The notes beneath the pieces are model-generated. The model worked only from the letters and a program-made list of their open reading frames with translations. It made no database searches and was not told where the DNA came from. A DNA stretch of 64,000 bases, taken from assembly GCA_964583685.1 (NCBI GenBank), contig CAZOVJ010000001.1, positions 260,033 through 324,032 of the forward strand, given 5' to 3'. The stretch comes from an uncultured Gammaproteobacteria bacterium (GTDB taxonomy: Bacteria; Patescibacteriota; Microgenomatia; UBA8517). Both the position numbers and the translations under genes were made by a program. How positions within the stretch are numbered: position 1 is the first letter of the stretch; each line of letters starts with the position of its first letter. Below, piece by piece: positions 27,188-37,247 of the stretch.

Positions 27188-28314
27188 TTCATCGTCTCTA
27201 TAAGATCTACCAATCTAACAGAGGCCCTTTTGTCAAGAATAGATATCTTTCTATTCATACCTGAAACCATCTTGTCCCAATTTTCCTTAAGAAAAAATAT
27301 CTTTTCCTTTAATATCTCAGCCGTAAGACTATCTTGATCAAGAACCAAAGCTATTCCGCTTTTTTTTGCCAAAGCAGCGTTTTTATTTTGCTCATCCTGA
27401 TAAGACCAGGGAATGGGGACAAGAATGGCAGGCCTGGCCGTTGAAATAATCTCAGAAACAGTATTGGCCCCGGCCCGGGCAATTATAATATCCGCCCGCC
27501 TATAAACAGAGGCAATATCTGTCGGCTCAATAAAACTATAAACCTCATACCTTGCTTGCTCTTCGGAACTCATTTTCTTTCTTTTCTGGGAAAAATAATC
27601 AAAATCAGCATTACCGGTTAGGTGAATAATAATAAATGTCTTGAGTAAATCCACGAGAATTTTATCAATTGTTCTATTTATCGTTCTAGCCCCCCTTGAC
27701 CCGCCAAAAACAAACAAGGTGGGTGGAAAGTCTGGTTTTCTCTTAGGCTTAATTTCGGAAATTGCCGCCATCAACGGGTTGCCAACCAAAATAGTCTTTC
27801 TTGTTGGGAAATAAACTTTACTTTCCTTTCTGGCTAGAGCAACCCTTTTAGCAAAAATTGAAGACAATCTATTGACTAAACCAACAGCTGCAGTTTGATC
27901 ATGAATAACAATCGGTATCCTTAAAACAAAGCCTGCCAGTACAACCGGAAAAGCGGCGAAGCCGCCAAAAGACAAAATTACCTGAGGTCGAATTTTTAGT
28001 ATAAGGTAAAAGGATTGAATAAGTCCTAGAGGAATTTTAAGCAGAGAAGGAATTGTGTAGATACTCCATTTCCGCTGCAACCGTCCCATAATAACTGGGT
28101 GGTATGAAACTCCAGCTTTTTTAGAAAATAATCTGTGTTCAAGCGAGAAGACCTTGCTTCCTTCTAGGGCCTGGCTAGATCCAATCCAAAATATCTCCCA
28201 CTTACTCCTCTCACTCCTTCTGAGAATTTCTTCAATTGTGGCCAATGCCGTTGTTGCCGCATGACCACCTGTGAGAATAACTCTTTTACTTTTTTTATTT
28301 TGTCCTAATTTCAT
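27184..28314 (-). CDS. murG: Lipid II GlcNAc transferase MurG
   Basis: LTGGH, FGGF, GNP, FGGSRGA, RAGANT.SE, EQNKNA. Confidence 0.93.
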   Translation of the reverse strand: MKLGQNKKSKRVILTGGHAATTALATIEEILRRSERSKWEIFWIGSSQALEGSKVFSLEHRLFSKKAGVSYHPVIMGRLQRKWSIYTIPSLLKIPLGLIQSFYLILKIRPQVILSFGGFAAFPVVLAGFVLRIPIVIHDQTAAVGLVNRLSSIFAKRVALARKESKVYFPTRKTILVGNPLMAAISEIKPKRKPDFPPTLFVFGGSRGARTINRTIDKILVDLLKTFIIIHLTGNADFDYFSQKRKKMSSEEQARYEVYSFIEPTDIASVYRRADIIIARAGANTVSEIISTARPAILVPIPWSYQDEQNKNAALAKKSGIALVLDQDSLTAEILKEKIFFLKENWDKMVSGMNRKISILDKRASVRLVDLIETMK

Positions 28315-29413
28315 ATTTTGAAATATTCAATAATATTCCAATACTTAAAAGCACCATTGTCAAGCTTGATCCGCCATAAGAGAAAAAGGGTAAAGGAATT
28401 CCAGTCAAAGGAATGAGGGCCACCATCGAGGCAATGTTCAAAAAAATCTGGCTTCCAATCCAGGCAACAATCCCGGTTGCCAAAACAGTAGAAAAACGGT
28501 CCGGACTTTTTTTCGCCACCCTTATCGCCTGATAAATAAAAAACAGCAAAAGCATAATCAAAGCACAGCTGCCGATAAAACCAACTTCCTCGGCAACCAC
28601 AGCAAAAACAGAATCGGTTGCTGCTTCAGGTAAAAAAAGATACTTTTGCCGCGATTGACCTAATCCCACACCAAAGATTCCTCCAGAACCCAAGGCAATG
28701 AGAATTTGTCTAATATGATACGAAGACCCTAATGGATCAAGAGACCGCTGAAGATAAGTTAAAAGCCGCTGCCGTCTGTAATCAGATATGAAAACCAACA
28801 AAAACCCTAAAACTCCAAGACAGCTAGTAACAGCCAGAAAAGGCAGTAAAGAAATACCTGAGATGATAAGCTGAGCCAAAGCAATAGCCAAAACAACAAC
28901 TACCGTACCCAAATCCGGTTGTAACATTATCAATCCAGCCACTAAAAGAGCGGGTAACAGAAGATAAATCAGGCGGCACTGAGAATCTGCCAGTCGAGCA
29001 AGAAAGATGGCCAGGGTAAGTTTAACAAATTCTGAGGGCTGGAAGCTAATTGGACCTAAAGCCAACCAACGTCTTGCACCCAAAGCTCTAATCCCTATTG
29101 AAGGCAAAAGGACAATAATCAAAAAAAGTAAACTGGCAATAAAAAGTATAGGCCCTAATTTCTTCCAAAATGAATAGTGAATACCAGAGGCAATAAACAA
29201 GGCCAAGAAACCTAAAAAGCCCCAAAGAACTTGCTGCTTAACAAAATAAAAACTATCAGCAAAAAAAACTTGTGCCTGAGGAGCTGAGGCATCGGCTACA
29301 GCAACAAACCCTAAAATAGTAAGAAGAACAGTGAGAACCAAAAGGGTTTTATTGTAACTCTTTTTTTGTTTGCGTAAAACTACTGCCTTTCTTCTGGATT
29401 TTCTTCTTCGCAC
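28295..29413 (-). CDS. ftsW: SEDS protein FtsW
   Basis: GARRW, FQPSEFVK, QPDLG, LPEAATD.VF, PLTGIPLPFFSYGGSS; dcw position. Confidence 0.95.
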   Translation of the reverse strand: MRRRKSRRKAVVLRKQKKSYNKTLLVLTVLLTILGFVAVADASAPQAQVFFADSFYFVKQQVLWGFLGFLALFIASGIHYSFWKKLGPILFIASLLFLIIVLLPSIGIRALGARRWLALGPISFQPSEFVKLTLAIFLARLADSQCRLIYLLLPALLVAGLIMLQPDLGTVVVVLAIALAQLIISGISLLPFLAVTSCLGVLGFLLVFISDYRRQRLLTYLQRSLDPLGSSYHIRQILIALGSGGIFGVGLGQSRQKYLFLPEAATDSVFAVVAEEVGFIGSCALIMLLLFFIYQAIRVAKKSPDRFSTVLATGIVAWIGSQIFLNIASMVALIPLTGIPLPFFSYGGSSLTMVLLSIGILLNISKYEIRTK

Positions 29414-29419
29414 ATTAAA

Positions 29420-30475
29420 TTATATGGTTGCTAGCCATAAACCAAATATTGCCAACATAATACCCACCAACCAGGCTCGCATGACAATCTTTGGTTCTTC
29501 CCAGCCACGGGCCAGAAAAGCATGGTGAATTGGGGCAAGAGGGAAAATGGGACGCTTTAAAAACCTCCAGCCAAGAATTTGAATGGCTGAAGAAGCTACC
29601 TCTAATACAAATATGCCCCCGATGATAAAAAGGGCAGCCACGTTTCCCATCAACAAACCAATAACAGCAATCATTGCCCCAAAAGAAAGAGCACCGGCAT
29701 CGCCCAAAAAAATTCTGGCCGGCCAGGTATTAAAATAAAGAAAAGAGATTATTACTCCAATCCAGAGAGAGATAAAGATAAAAAGTGGAGTATCCAGATT
29801 CCCAGCAGCAATTATTATATAAGCAAAAAGATAAATCAATAAAAGACCACAAGAAAGGCCATCCAAACCGTCTGTAAAATTAAACCCATTGGCAAAGAGA
29901 ACAATAACAAAGGCAGCAAAAGGAATATAAAAAATCCCCAAATCAATCACCTTGTCTATAAAAGGAAGGTGTAAGATGTGGATGCCCAATGACCAATAAA
30001 GCCAGGCGCTAATAATAAAGGCCAGAACCCATTGAAGGAAAAACTTAATCGATCTTCCCATTCCTACCCATAGACCTAGCGTCCCCTTCCTCGGTTTACC
30101 GAATATTTTTAATAAATCATCACATAAGCCCAGAAGGCCAAAAGAAATAAAAGTCAAAAAAATGACAATTAGTTCTTCTCTTAGATGATATGCACTTTGG
30201 ATAAAGACTCCGAGATAAGAAATGACAGGGGAAAGCGTCGCAAAAAGAAGACTCACTACAAAAATTAATAATATGCCGCCACCAGTGGGTGTACCGGCTT
30301 TTATATCATGGAGCTTGTCAAAAAGGGGGATCTTACCCTTCTCCGGTGCCTCTTTTTTTCTAATTACTTTTAGTTTATAAAGGAGGTCAATAAAAGGAAC
30401 CATCAAAACACTATTGATAATAAAAGAGAAAATAACCAAACCCAAGGCCAAGGGAAAAATATTAGCTGTGATCAT
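29420..30475 (-). CDS. mraY: Phospho-MurNAc-pentapeptide transferase
   Basis: KAGTPTGGG, GLCDD, NFTDGLDGL, IFLGDAG, APIHH. Confidence 0.96.
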   Translation of the reverse strand: MITANIFPLALGLVIFSFIINSVLMVPFIDLLYKLKVIRKKEAPEKGKIPLFDKLHDIKAGTPTGGGILLIFVVSLLFATLSPVISYLGVFIQSAYHLREELIVIFLTFISFGLLGLCDDLLKIFGKPRKGTLGLWVGMGRSIKFFLQWVLAFIISAWLYWSLGIHILHLPFIDKVIDLGIFYIPFAAFVIVLFANGFNFTDGLDGLSCGLLLIYLFAYIIIAAGNLDTPLFIFISLWIGVIISFLYFNTWPARIFLGDAGALSFGAMIAVIGLLMGNVAALFIIGGIFVLEVASSAIQILGWRFLKRPIFPLAPIHHAFLARGWEEPKIVMRAWLVGIMLAIFGLWLATI

Positions 30476-30511
30476 ATTTTCTCCAATTACAATTATAAAT
30501 AGATAATAAGC

Positions 30512-31768
30512 TCAAGACAATTGTGAAACTACTTTATCTAGAGCCATTGATCTCGAACCTTTAATTAGAATAATCACATTCTTTTTAAGAAGTGGTTGCA
30601 ATATCGAAGCAACTCCTCTATAGGTCTGTGTCCAATATAACTGATAATCCTTCATTGTCTTCGATGCTGCTTTTATAATAGCCTTTGCCGCTTTCCCTAC
30701 CCCAATAAGGTAATCTGGATGATAAGAAGCCACCAAACTCCCTATTTCTTTATGAAATTTTTCCTCGTGCCGACCTAGTTCCAACATATCTCCCAAAACG
30801 ATTATCTTTCCTCTTTTTCCTCCGATTTGATTGAGAGTCTTCAAAGCCTCCTTAACGGCTGCAGGGTTACTATTATAAGTATCATCAATTAATAAAGCCC
30901 CTGAAACTAGCCTAATTGGCCTCATTCTATGTTCAGGCCAGCTAAAATTATCCAGGCCTGCCTTTATCTTCTCCAGGGAAACTCCACAAACAAGACCAAC
31001 TGAGGCAGCGGCCAATGAATTAGAAACAAACTGTAGTCCTGGTACTGGAAGATGAACATTTATTTTATCCGTTCCAATTACCAGAGTAAATTTATTACCC
31101 AAATCCTTTGCTAAACTTATATTTTCGGGATATGTTTCTCCAGTCTTGCCAAAGTAAATAACTCTTGCTTTGCTAAGTTTAGCTATTTTCTTTGTAGATG
31201 TATTTTCTTTGTTTAATATCGCAAATCCATTTCTTGGAAGGGCTTTTATCAACTTAGACTTTTCCCTGGCAACACCAGTTGTGTTTTTAAAAAAAAGAGT
31301 ATGAGTTGGGTAGATGTTCATAAGTACACCAACTAAAGGCCTAGCCAGCCAAAGATAATAATCCATTTCTCCAACAAACTCCACTCCCATCTCAAGCACT
31401 AAATATCTGGTCTTCGGCCGGCACTTTAAAATAGCAGTGGGAATGTTATAGACCGGATCAATATTTGCATAAGAGCAAACACTTTCTCCTTTTTGCCTTA
31501 ATATAGAAACGACCATCTCTTTTGTCGTAGTCTTACCAACGCTCCCTGTGATACCAATGACCGTTATTTTAAAAACTTTCTGCAAAATAATTAAATAATA
31601 TTTGGCTATTCTGCGTTTAATTGGATGGATTAACCATTTTCTAAAATAAACGTTTAAGATTTTTGCCAATTCTTTAGGTCTTTCCTCCGGAGCAATAAAA
31701 ATATGCTCTTTCGGCAGTTTTGGTGTCACCCACCACTGAATCAATTTTGGAATTCTACTCAAGGGCAT
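30512..31768 (-). CDS. murF: UDP-MurNAc-tripeptide:D-Ala-D-Ala ligase with atypical N-terminus
   Basis: GITGSVGKTTTKE, LEMG, DDTYNSNP, LGDMLELG, KGSR. Confidence 0.93.
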   Translation of the reverse strand: MPLSRIPKLIQWWVTPKLPKEHIFIAPEERPKELAKILNVYFRKWLIHPIKRRIAKYYLIILQKVFKITVIGITGSVGKTTTKEMVVSILRQKGESVCSYANIDPVYNIPTAILKCRPKTRYLVLEMGVEFVGEMDYYLWLARPLVGVLMNIYPTHTLFFKNTTGVAREKSKLIKALPRNGFAILNKENTSTKKIAKLSKARVIYFGKTGETYPENISLAKDLGNKFTLVIGTDKINVHLPVPGLQFVSNSLAAASVGLVCGVSLEKIKAGLDNFSWPEHRMRPIRLVSGALLIDDTYNSNPAAVKEALKTLNQIGGKRGKIIVLGDMLELGRHEEKFHKEIGSLVASYHPDYLIGVGKAAKAIIKAASKTMKDYQLYWTQTYRGVASILQPLLKKNVIILIKGSRSMALDKVVSQLS

Positions 31769-32693
31769 ATTTAATTATTTTATCAAGCAACTGGCTGTAT
31801 GATATCCCAGCCGCCCCTGCTGCTTTGGGTAAAAGAGACATGGGCGTTAATCCGGGGATAGTGTTTATTTCCAAAACAAGTGGCTCTTTGGCCTTTCGTA
31901 AAATAAAATCTACTCTTGAAAAACCCCTACAACCAATTAACCTGTAAACAACAAGGGCTATTTCTTTAATTCTCCTAGTTAGTCTTTTTGAAATTCTGGC
32001 CGGAGCAATTTCTCTAGCTCCACCCTTCAAGTATTTAGATTGGTAATCAAAAAACCTACTCTTCCTGGGTATTATCTCAACTAAAGGCAAGGGTTCAGGT
32101 TTTTTATTGCCCAGAACCCCACAGGTCACTTCAGTACCCTTTATATATTCATCAACCAAGGCAGTCTCACTATACCTAAAAGCTAAACCTAGAGCTTCAT
32201 CTAAATCCTCTTTGGATTCGACAATTGACGTCCCAATAGAAGAACCTTGGTTATGAGGTTTAATAAAATATGGTGGGTCACCTAAATCTTTGAAAACCCT
32301 TCCACCTGGTTCTCCTTTTTTGACCACTACAAATCTTGGGACAGGAATATTTTCACTTTTCAACACCCTTCTAAACAATAGCTTGTCCATTGCCAGAGCA
32401 CTTGCCAAAACCTTTGAACCTGTATAAGGAAGGTTTAAAAAATCCAGCATTCCTTGAAGAGTACCATCCTCACCATAAGGTCCATGCATGGCGATAAAAA
32501 CCAGGTCAATTTTCTCTTTAGATATCAACTGCCATCCCTTCCCTGTACGAGAAATTACTATTGGTAACACTTCATATTTAGATTTATCTAGATTTTTGAC
32601 AACTTCTCTCCCGCTAATCAGGGAAATTTCATATTCAGGGCTCCTCCCTCCCATCAAAACAGCAATCTTTATTTTCGTCCCCTGATTATCCAT
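31755..32693 (-). CDS. ddl: D-alanine--D-alanine ligase
   Basis: GGRSPEYEISL.SG, HGPYGEDG, GSS, FDYQSKY, EINTIPG. Confidence 0.96.
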   Translation of the reverse strand: MDNQGTKIKIAVLMGGRSPEYEISLISGREVVKNLDKSKYEVLPIVISRTGKGWQLISKEKIDLVFIAMHGPYGEDGTLQGMLDFLNLPYTGSKVLASALAMDKLLFRRVLKSENIPVPRFVVVKKGEPGGRVFKDLGDPPYFIKPHNQGSSIGTSIVESKEDLDEALGLAFRYSETALVDEYIKGTEVTCGVLGNKKPEPLPLVEIIPRKSRFFDYQSKYLKGGAREIAPARISKRLTRRIKEIALVVYRLIGCRGFSRVDFILRKAKEPLVLEINTIPGLTPMSLLPKAAGAAGISYSQLLDKIIKYALE

Positions 32694-32766
32694 CGAATAT
32701 ATTTTAACATTTTGCCAGGTACAAATAAGTTTAAAGGTAGGAATAAATAAGAAGAGGGTACAATCA

Positions 32767-33537
32767 TCAAGTTCCCTTCAAACCGATCACCGCACCCATA
32801 GCTCCCCGGTTCAACCCTTCTATTCTATGTGAATAGAATATGTTTGTCTTGCAGGCAGTACAAAGAGGAGAAATCTCTATATTACTAGGGGGAATACCCT
32901 GGCTAGTAAGTTGCAAGAAATTTATTTTTTGTAAATCAACGAATGTTTTGCTTTCCCTGACTAGCAATCCTCTCTTTCCAAATTCATCTTTCTTAAAACG
33001 ATTCTTTACACCTTGCTTAATCTCAAAACAACAAGAATGTATCGACGGGCCAATAAAAATCTGTAAATCTCGTGGGTTCGAGGAAAATTCCAGTTTCAAT
33101 CTCTCAATTGTTTTCGTACAAATACCAATAACAGTTCCTCGCCAGCCAGCATGAAGCAGAGCTATCAAGTTTCTTTTGGGGTCAAAAATAAATATTGGCA
33201 AGCAATCGGCAAAAGTCGTGAACAAAAACACCCCTGGAACATTGGTAATCAAACCATCAATATCTTCAATCCAGTTCTTTTCTTTAAAAGCCCCTTTCCC
33301 AAGATCTAATTCATTTACATATAGAGTTTTATTTGTATGCTCCAACTTCATGACTACAACTTGCTCCAAACCAACTCCCAGCTGGCCTAAAAATTTTCTT
33401 CGATTAGAAACCACCTCTTTTGTCTTACCTCTTTTAAAAGACATATTACCCAAAGCTCGTGAGGAAAAACCGTGGATCAGGTTAGGAAATTTTAAAAGGT
33501 TTTTTCCTTGACAAAATAAAGGAGCTGAAATCATCAT
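32767..33537 (-). CDS. pgeF: Peptidoglycan editing factor PgeF/YfiH (laccase-domain nucleoside phosphorylase family)
   Basis: DGLIT, ADCLP, HAGWRG, IGPSI..CCFE, CT.C..FYSHR. Confidence 0.92.
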   Translation of the reverse strand: MMISAPLFCQGKNLLKFPNLIHGFSSRALGNMSFKRGKTKEVVSNRRKFLGQLGVGLEQVVVMKLEHTNKTLYVNELDLGKGAFKEKNWIEDIDGLITNVPGVFLFTTFADCLPIFIFDPKRNLIALLHAGWRGTVIGICTKTIERLKLEFSSNPRDLQIFIGPSIHSCCFEIKQGVKNRFKKDEFGKRGLLVRESKTFVDLQKINFLQLTSQGIPPSNIEISPLCTACKTNIFYSHRIEGLNRGAMGAVIGLKGT

Positions 33538-34880
33538 ACTAGCAACATTCTCACTGCTTGCTTAAACTGATTTCCTCTATCCTTGTAATTTTCAAACATA
33601 TCAAAAGAGGCAGAGGCTGGTGAAAGTAAAACGACACCTCCTTTTGCAGTTTGGCTAAAAGAAGTTTTAACAATTTCAGCCATACTTCCCTTACCTAATG
33701 CTAAAATTCTTCCCTGGAATCCTATTTTCAACAACAGCTTTTTAATTTCCCTGGCAATTTCGCCAATTAAGATAACTGTTTTAAGATTTTTCTTGTTTTT
33801 AATTTCCTTAACCAATTCCCCATAATCTAAGCCCTTATCCGAACCGCCGAGAATTAAGGTTATTGGCTGGCTGAAGGAATTGATAGCAGCCATAGTTGGC
33901 TGTGGCCCAGTGGCAAAGGAGTCATTATAAAAAGCAACTCCTTTAACCTTCCCTACCAGCTCAAGTCTGTGTTCCAAAGCCTTAAAAGAAAATATCGTTG
34001 TTTTCATTGCTTCTAAATCAGCACCTACAAGAGCGGCTGTACAGAGAGCAGCGCTGACATTTTCCCAATTATGCTTTCCTCGAAGCAACAATTTATCAGC
34101 ATTTCCTAAAAAATAATCCTTTTTATTTAGAGTCAAAACAATTTTCCCTTTCTTAAATTTACTAAAAAGACAGACCTTGGCCTTGGTGTATTGAGCAAAG
34201 CCCCTAGAATCCTTGTAGTCTACGTTTAAAACGGCAAAGTCTCCTCTATTCTGATGCCTAACAATTTGTCTTTTAGCCAGCAAATATTCTTTTCTATCTT
34301 TATGCCAATCTAAATGATCAGTGGTAATGTTTAAAACAAGGGCAATATGGGGACTTTTATCCAAATCTATAAGCTGAAAGGAAGAAAGCTCCAAAACAAC
34401 CCAACTAGATTTTTTGAGTTTGGCTAAAAGTTCAAGATAAGGCTTGCCAATGTTTCCGGCCAAATAAGCATCTTTACCTGACTTCTTGAGAATTTTATAG
34501 ATTAAAGTGCTGGTTGTACCTTTACCTTTGGTTCCAGTAACTCCAATAATCTTTGCCGGACAAAGATGAAAAAAAAGCTTAATGGCACTGGAAATCTTAA
34601 CTCCTTTCTTTTCCGCTCTTTCCAATTCGGCCAGATAGCGATAAAAACCTGGCGAGCGAAAAACTATATCAAAGTCATCAAGCCCGGTTTTCAAATAATC
34701 CCTTCCACAAACCAACTTAATTTTCCTCTTGTCTATTCCCTTAAAATCAAGCTCATTCTCTGCTTTTTGGTCAAAAATAGTGATATTAGCCTTTTTAGAC
34801 AAAAGAAACTTAACAACATCTCTGCCTTCCAAGCCAAAACCCAAAACAGCAATTTTTTTATCCTTAAAATTTATTTTCAT
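33534..34880 (-). CDS. murD: UDP-MurNAc-L-Ala:D-Glu ligase
   Basis: GVTGTKGKGTT, GNIG, LELSSFQL, DHLDWH, EHRLE, NDS, LSPASASFD. Confidence 0.97.
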   Translation of the reverse strand: MKINFKDKKIAVLGFGLEGRDVVKFLLSKKANITIFDQKAENELDFKGIDKRKIKLVCGRDYLKTGLDDFDIVFRSPGFYRYLAELERAEKKGVKISSAIKLFFHLCPAKIIGVTGTKGKGTTSTLIYKILKKSGKDAYLAGNIGKPYLELLAKLKKSSWVVLELSSFQLIDLDKSPHIALVLNITTDHLDWHKDRKEYLLAKRQIVRHQNRGDFAVLNVDYKDSRGFAQYTKAKVCLFSKFKKGKIVLTLNKKDYFLGNADKLLLRGKHNWENVSAALCTAALVGADLEAMKTTIFSFKALEHRLELVGKVKGVAFYNDSFATGPQPTMAAINSFSQPITLILGGSDKGLDYGELVKEIKNKKNLKTVILIGEIAREIKKLLLKIGFQGRILALGKGSMAEIVKTSFSQTAKGGVVLLSPASASFDMFENYKDRGNQFKQAVRMLLV

Positions 34881-35839
34881 CGTCTTTGATTAAAACCGAT
34901 TAGCTGAACTTCGGGCTCTAGGTTTATACCAAACTTCTTTTTTACCCTATTTTGACAATCCTTTACCAAAGAATAAAAATCTGTTGCCCGACCCTTGCCA
35001 AGATTAAAAAAGAGATTGGCGTGATAATCAGCTATTTGAATATCCCCTTTTCTCTTTCCTTTAACACCAACCGCCTCCAAGAGATAACCGGCCGATATCT
35101 TACCATAAACAATATTCTCATTAGGAATTTTTGCTAATACTTGGGGCGATAAATCCTTAACTAAGACATTTTTAAAAAATGAGCCAGGACATTTCATATT
35201 TTGAGGATACTTAAGCAAGCGAGTTTTGAGAATCTCGGTAACCTGTTTCTTCATTTTTTTCGGATTTCCTTTCTTAAACTCAAATTCTACCTCCAGAATT
35301 ATTAAATCTATTTTCTTAAAAATGCTCTCTCGGTATTTAAACTTACATTCCTTTTTTGTTAACCACTTTACCTTTAAATCATCAAGAATCTTGATCCTTC
35401 TTAAATTATCACTAATCGTCTGGCCATAGGCACCGGCATTACCGTAAATTGCACCACCAAGAGTACCAGGAATGCCGAACATTCTCTCCATACCAGAAAA
35501 TCCTCTTGCAACCAGAAAAGTGATAAATTTCTTCAAACTTGTACCTGATTTCACCCTGACCAAACCCTTGTCTATACTAATTCCCCTTAGTCTATTGTAA
35601 ATAACCAGGCCGCTAAAACCTTTGTCGCTAACAAAGAGATTGCTACCGCCTCCAAGAATGAAAAAGGGGATATTAAATTTTTTGGCCAGCTTTAAAGCCT
35701 CGATAAATTTCTCTTCTTTATCTATTTTGAGAAAAAGTTTGGCCGGGCCCCCAAGCCCGACGCTTGTGTACTTAGCCATCAGTTCATTGTTCTGGCATTT
35801 CTTTCCCAAAACCGCTTTTAATCTTTGAAATTTATTCAT
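34877..35839 (-). CDS. murB: UDP-N-acetylenolpyruvylglucosamine reductase
   Basis: LGGGSNL, GIPGTLGGA..GNAGAYG, YRES, GSFFKN, HAN, LEPEV. Confidence 0.97.
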   Translation of the reverse strand: MNKFQRLKAVLGKKCQNNELMAKYTSVGLGGPAKLFLKIDKEEKFIEALKLAKKFNIPFFILGGGSNLFVSDKGFSGLVIYNRLRGISIDKGLVRVKSGTSLKKFITFLVARGFSGMERMFGIPGTLGGAIYGNAGAYGQTISDNLRRIKILDDLKVKWLTKKECKFKYRESIFKKIDLIILEVEFEFKKGNPKKMKKQVTEILKTRLLKYPQNMKCPGSFFKNVLVKDLSPQVLAKIPNENIVYGKISAGYLLEAVGVKGKRKGDIQIADYHANLFFNLGKGRATDFYSLVKDCQNRVKKKFGINLEPEVQLIGFNQRR

Positions 35840-37247
35840 TTAGCCTCTTGAGTAAATCTTTATGAAGATGGAAAATATCTCCTGCTCCCAAGGTAAGAAC
35901 AACATCTCCGGGCTTTAAATAGTCTTTGAGCCAGTTCAGAGTTTGTTCATGGCCAGCTGAATAAAAAACATTTTTTTTGAATTTCTTGGTTCTCTCAGCT
36001 AAAAGCCTGGAAGAAATTGTTTTATCCTTTGCTTCCCGGGCAGAAGCATAAATATCCATAAAAGCAACCGTATCAGCCTGAGCAAAGGCTTTGGCAAATT
36101 GAGCTAACAAAGACCTGGTCCTTGAATAGGTATGCGGCTGGAAAACGGCCATAATCCGCTTTTGAGGAAACCATTCTCTGGCCGCCTTCAAGATCGCCTT
36201 TAGCTCTTGGGGATGATGAGCATAATCATCAAAAACTAAAATTCCCTTTCTCTCTCCAATTTTCTCAAAGCGACGGCGACAGCCTTTATACTTTAAAAGA
36301 CCTTTCTTTAAAAGCGGTTCTTTAATACCCAAAAATCTACCAACCAAAAAAGCGGCGGTCGCATTTTGAATATTGAATCGGCCGGGAACCTTTAAGCAAA
36401 GAGAGATTTTCTCCCCATTTTTGGCAGTCAGAGAAAAATAAGTCTTGGCCTTTCTAAAAGAAACGTTCTTAATCTGCCAATCTGCCTGGGGATTAAAACC
36501 ATAGCTCTGGATTGGTACCTTGAGCTTTTGCACCATCGAGGCAACATGGGAATTGTCAATACAAGCCAACAAAAGCCCATCAGCCGGAACCTTTGCCAAA
36601 TATTGTCTAAAGGTTCTCTTTGTATCCTTAAAAGTAGGATAAATATCCGGATGGTCGTGCTCGATATTGGTCACAATCAAAATTTTTGGAGAAATAAGCG
36701 AAAAACGAGGCTTGTTATTTACTCCCGGAGAAATAGCATACTCGTCCGCCTCACAAATAAAATGTTTACCCCGGTGGTCATACCTACCCGGAGTAGCCAA
36801 AGGAAAAATATCAGCCACACCGATAGCAAAGGAAGGATGTTTAACTGCCACATCCAAAAGAACGGCAATCATTGAAGAAATTGTTGTCTTTCCGCCGACG
36901 CCGCAAACAGCTACTATCTTCTTGTCCCCGGCCATCTCGGCCAGGGCCTGGGCAAGGGTCATTACTGGAATTCCCTTCTTTTTTGCTGCCAAGACCTCAG
37001 GATTTTTTAGGCCACCGTGGGCACCGGTAGTAATCAACAAATCGGGTTGGGGAACAAGATTCTTTTCAGAAAAGCCAATTTTCCAGCTGATATTTCTCTT
37101 GGCCAAGGTATCATCAGTAACAAACACCTCAGCGATGTCACTGCCACTTACCTTAATTCCCAAATCTTTGGCACAAAGAGCAAGGGATGCCATTCCCACT
37201 CCCTTTATTCCCGTAAAATGAATGTGCTTTAGCTTTCTAATATTCAT
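35832..37247 (-). CDS. murC: UDP-MurNAc--L-alanine ligase
   Basis: HFTGIKGVGM, EADE, NIEHDH, RRFE, DDYAHHP, FQPHTYSRT, LGAG. Confidence 0.96.
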   Translation of the reverse strand: MNIRKLKHIHFTGIKGVGMASLALCAKDLGIKVSGSDIAEVFVTDDTLAKRNISWKIGFSEKNLVPQPDLLITTGAHGGLKNPEVLAAKKKGIPVMTLAQALAEMAGDKKIVAVCGVGGKTTISSMIAVLLDVAVKHPSFAIGVADIFPLATPGRYDHRGKHFICEADEYAISPGVNNKPRFSLISPKILIVTNIEHDHPDIYPTFKDTKRTFRQYLAKVPADGLLLACIDNSHVASMVQKLKVPIQSYGFNPQADWQIKNVSFRKAKTYFSLTAKNGEKISLCLKVPGRFNIQNATAAFLVGRFLGIKEPLLKKGLLKYKGCRRRFEKIGERKGILVFDDYAHHPQELKAILKAAREWFPQKRIMAVFQPHTYSRTRSLLAQFAKAFAQADTVAFMDIYASAREAKDKTISSRLLAERTKKFKKNVFYSAGHEQTLNWLKDYLKPGDVVLTLGAGDIFHLHKDLLKRLNE

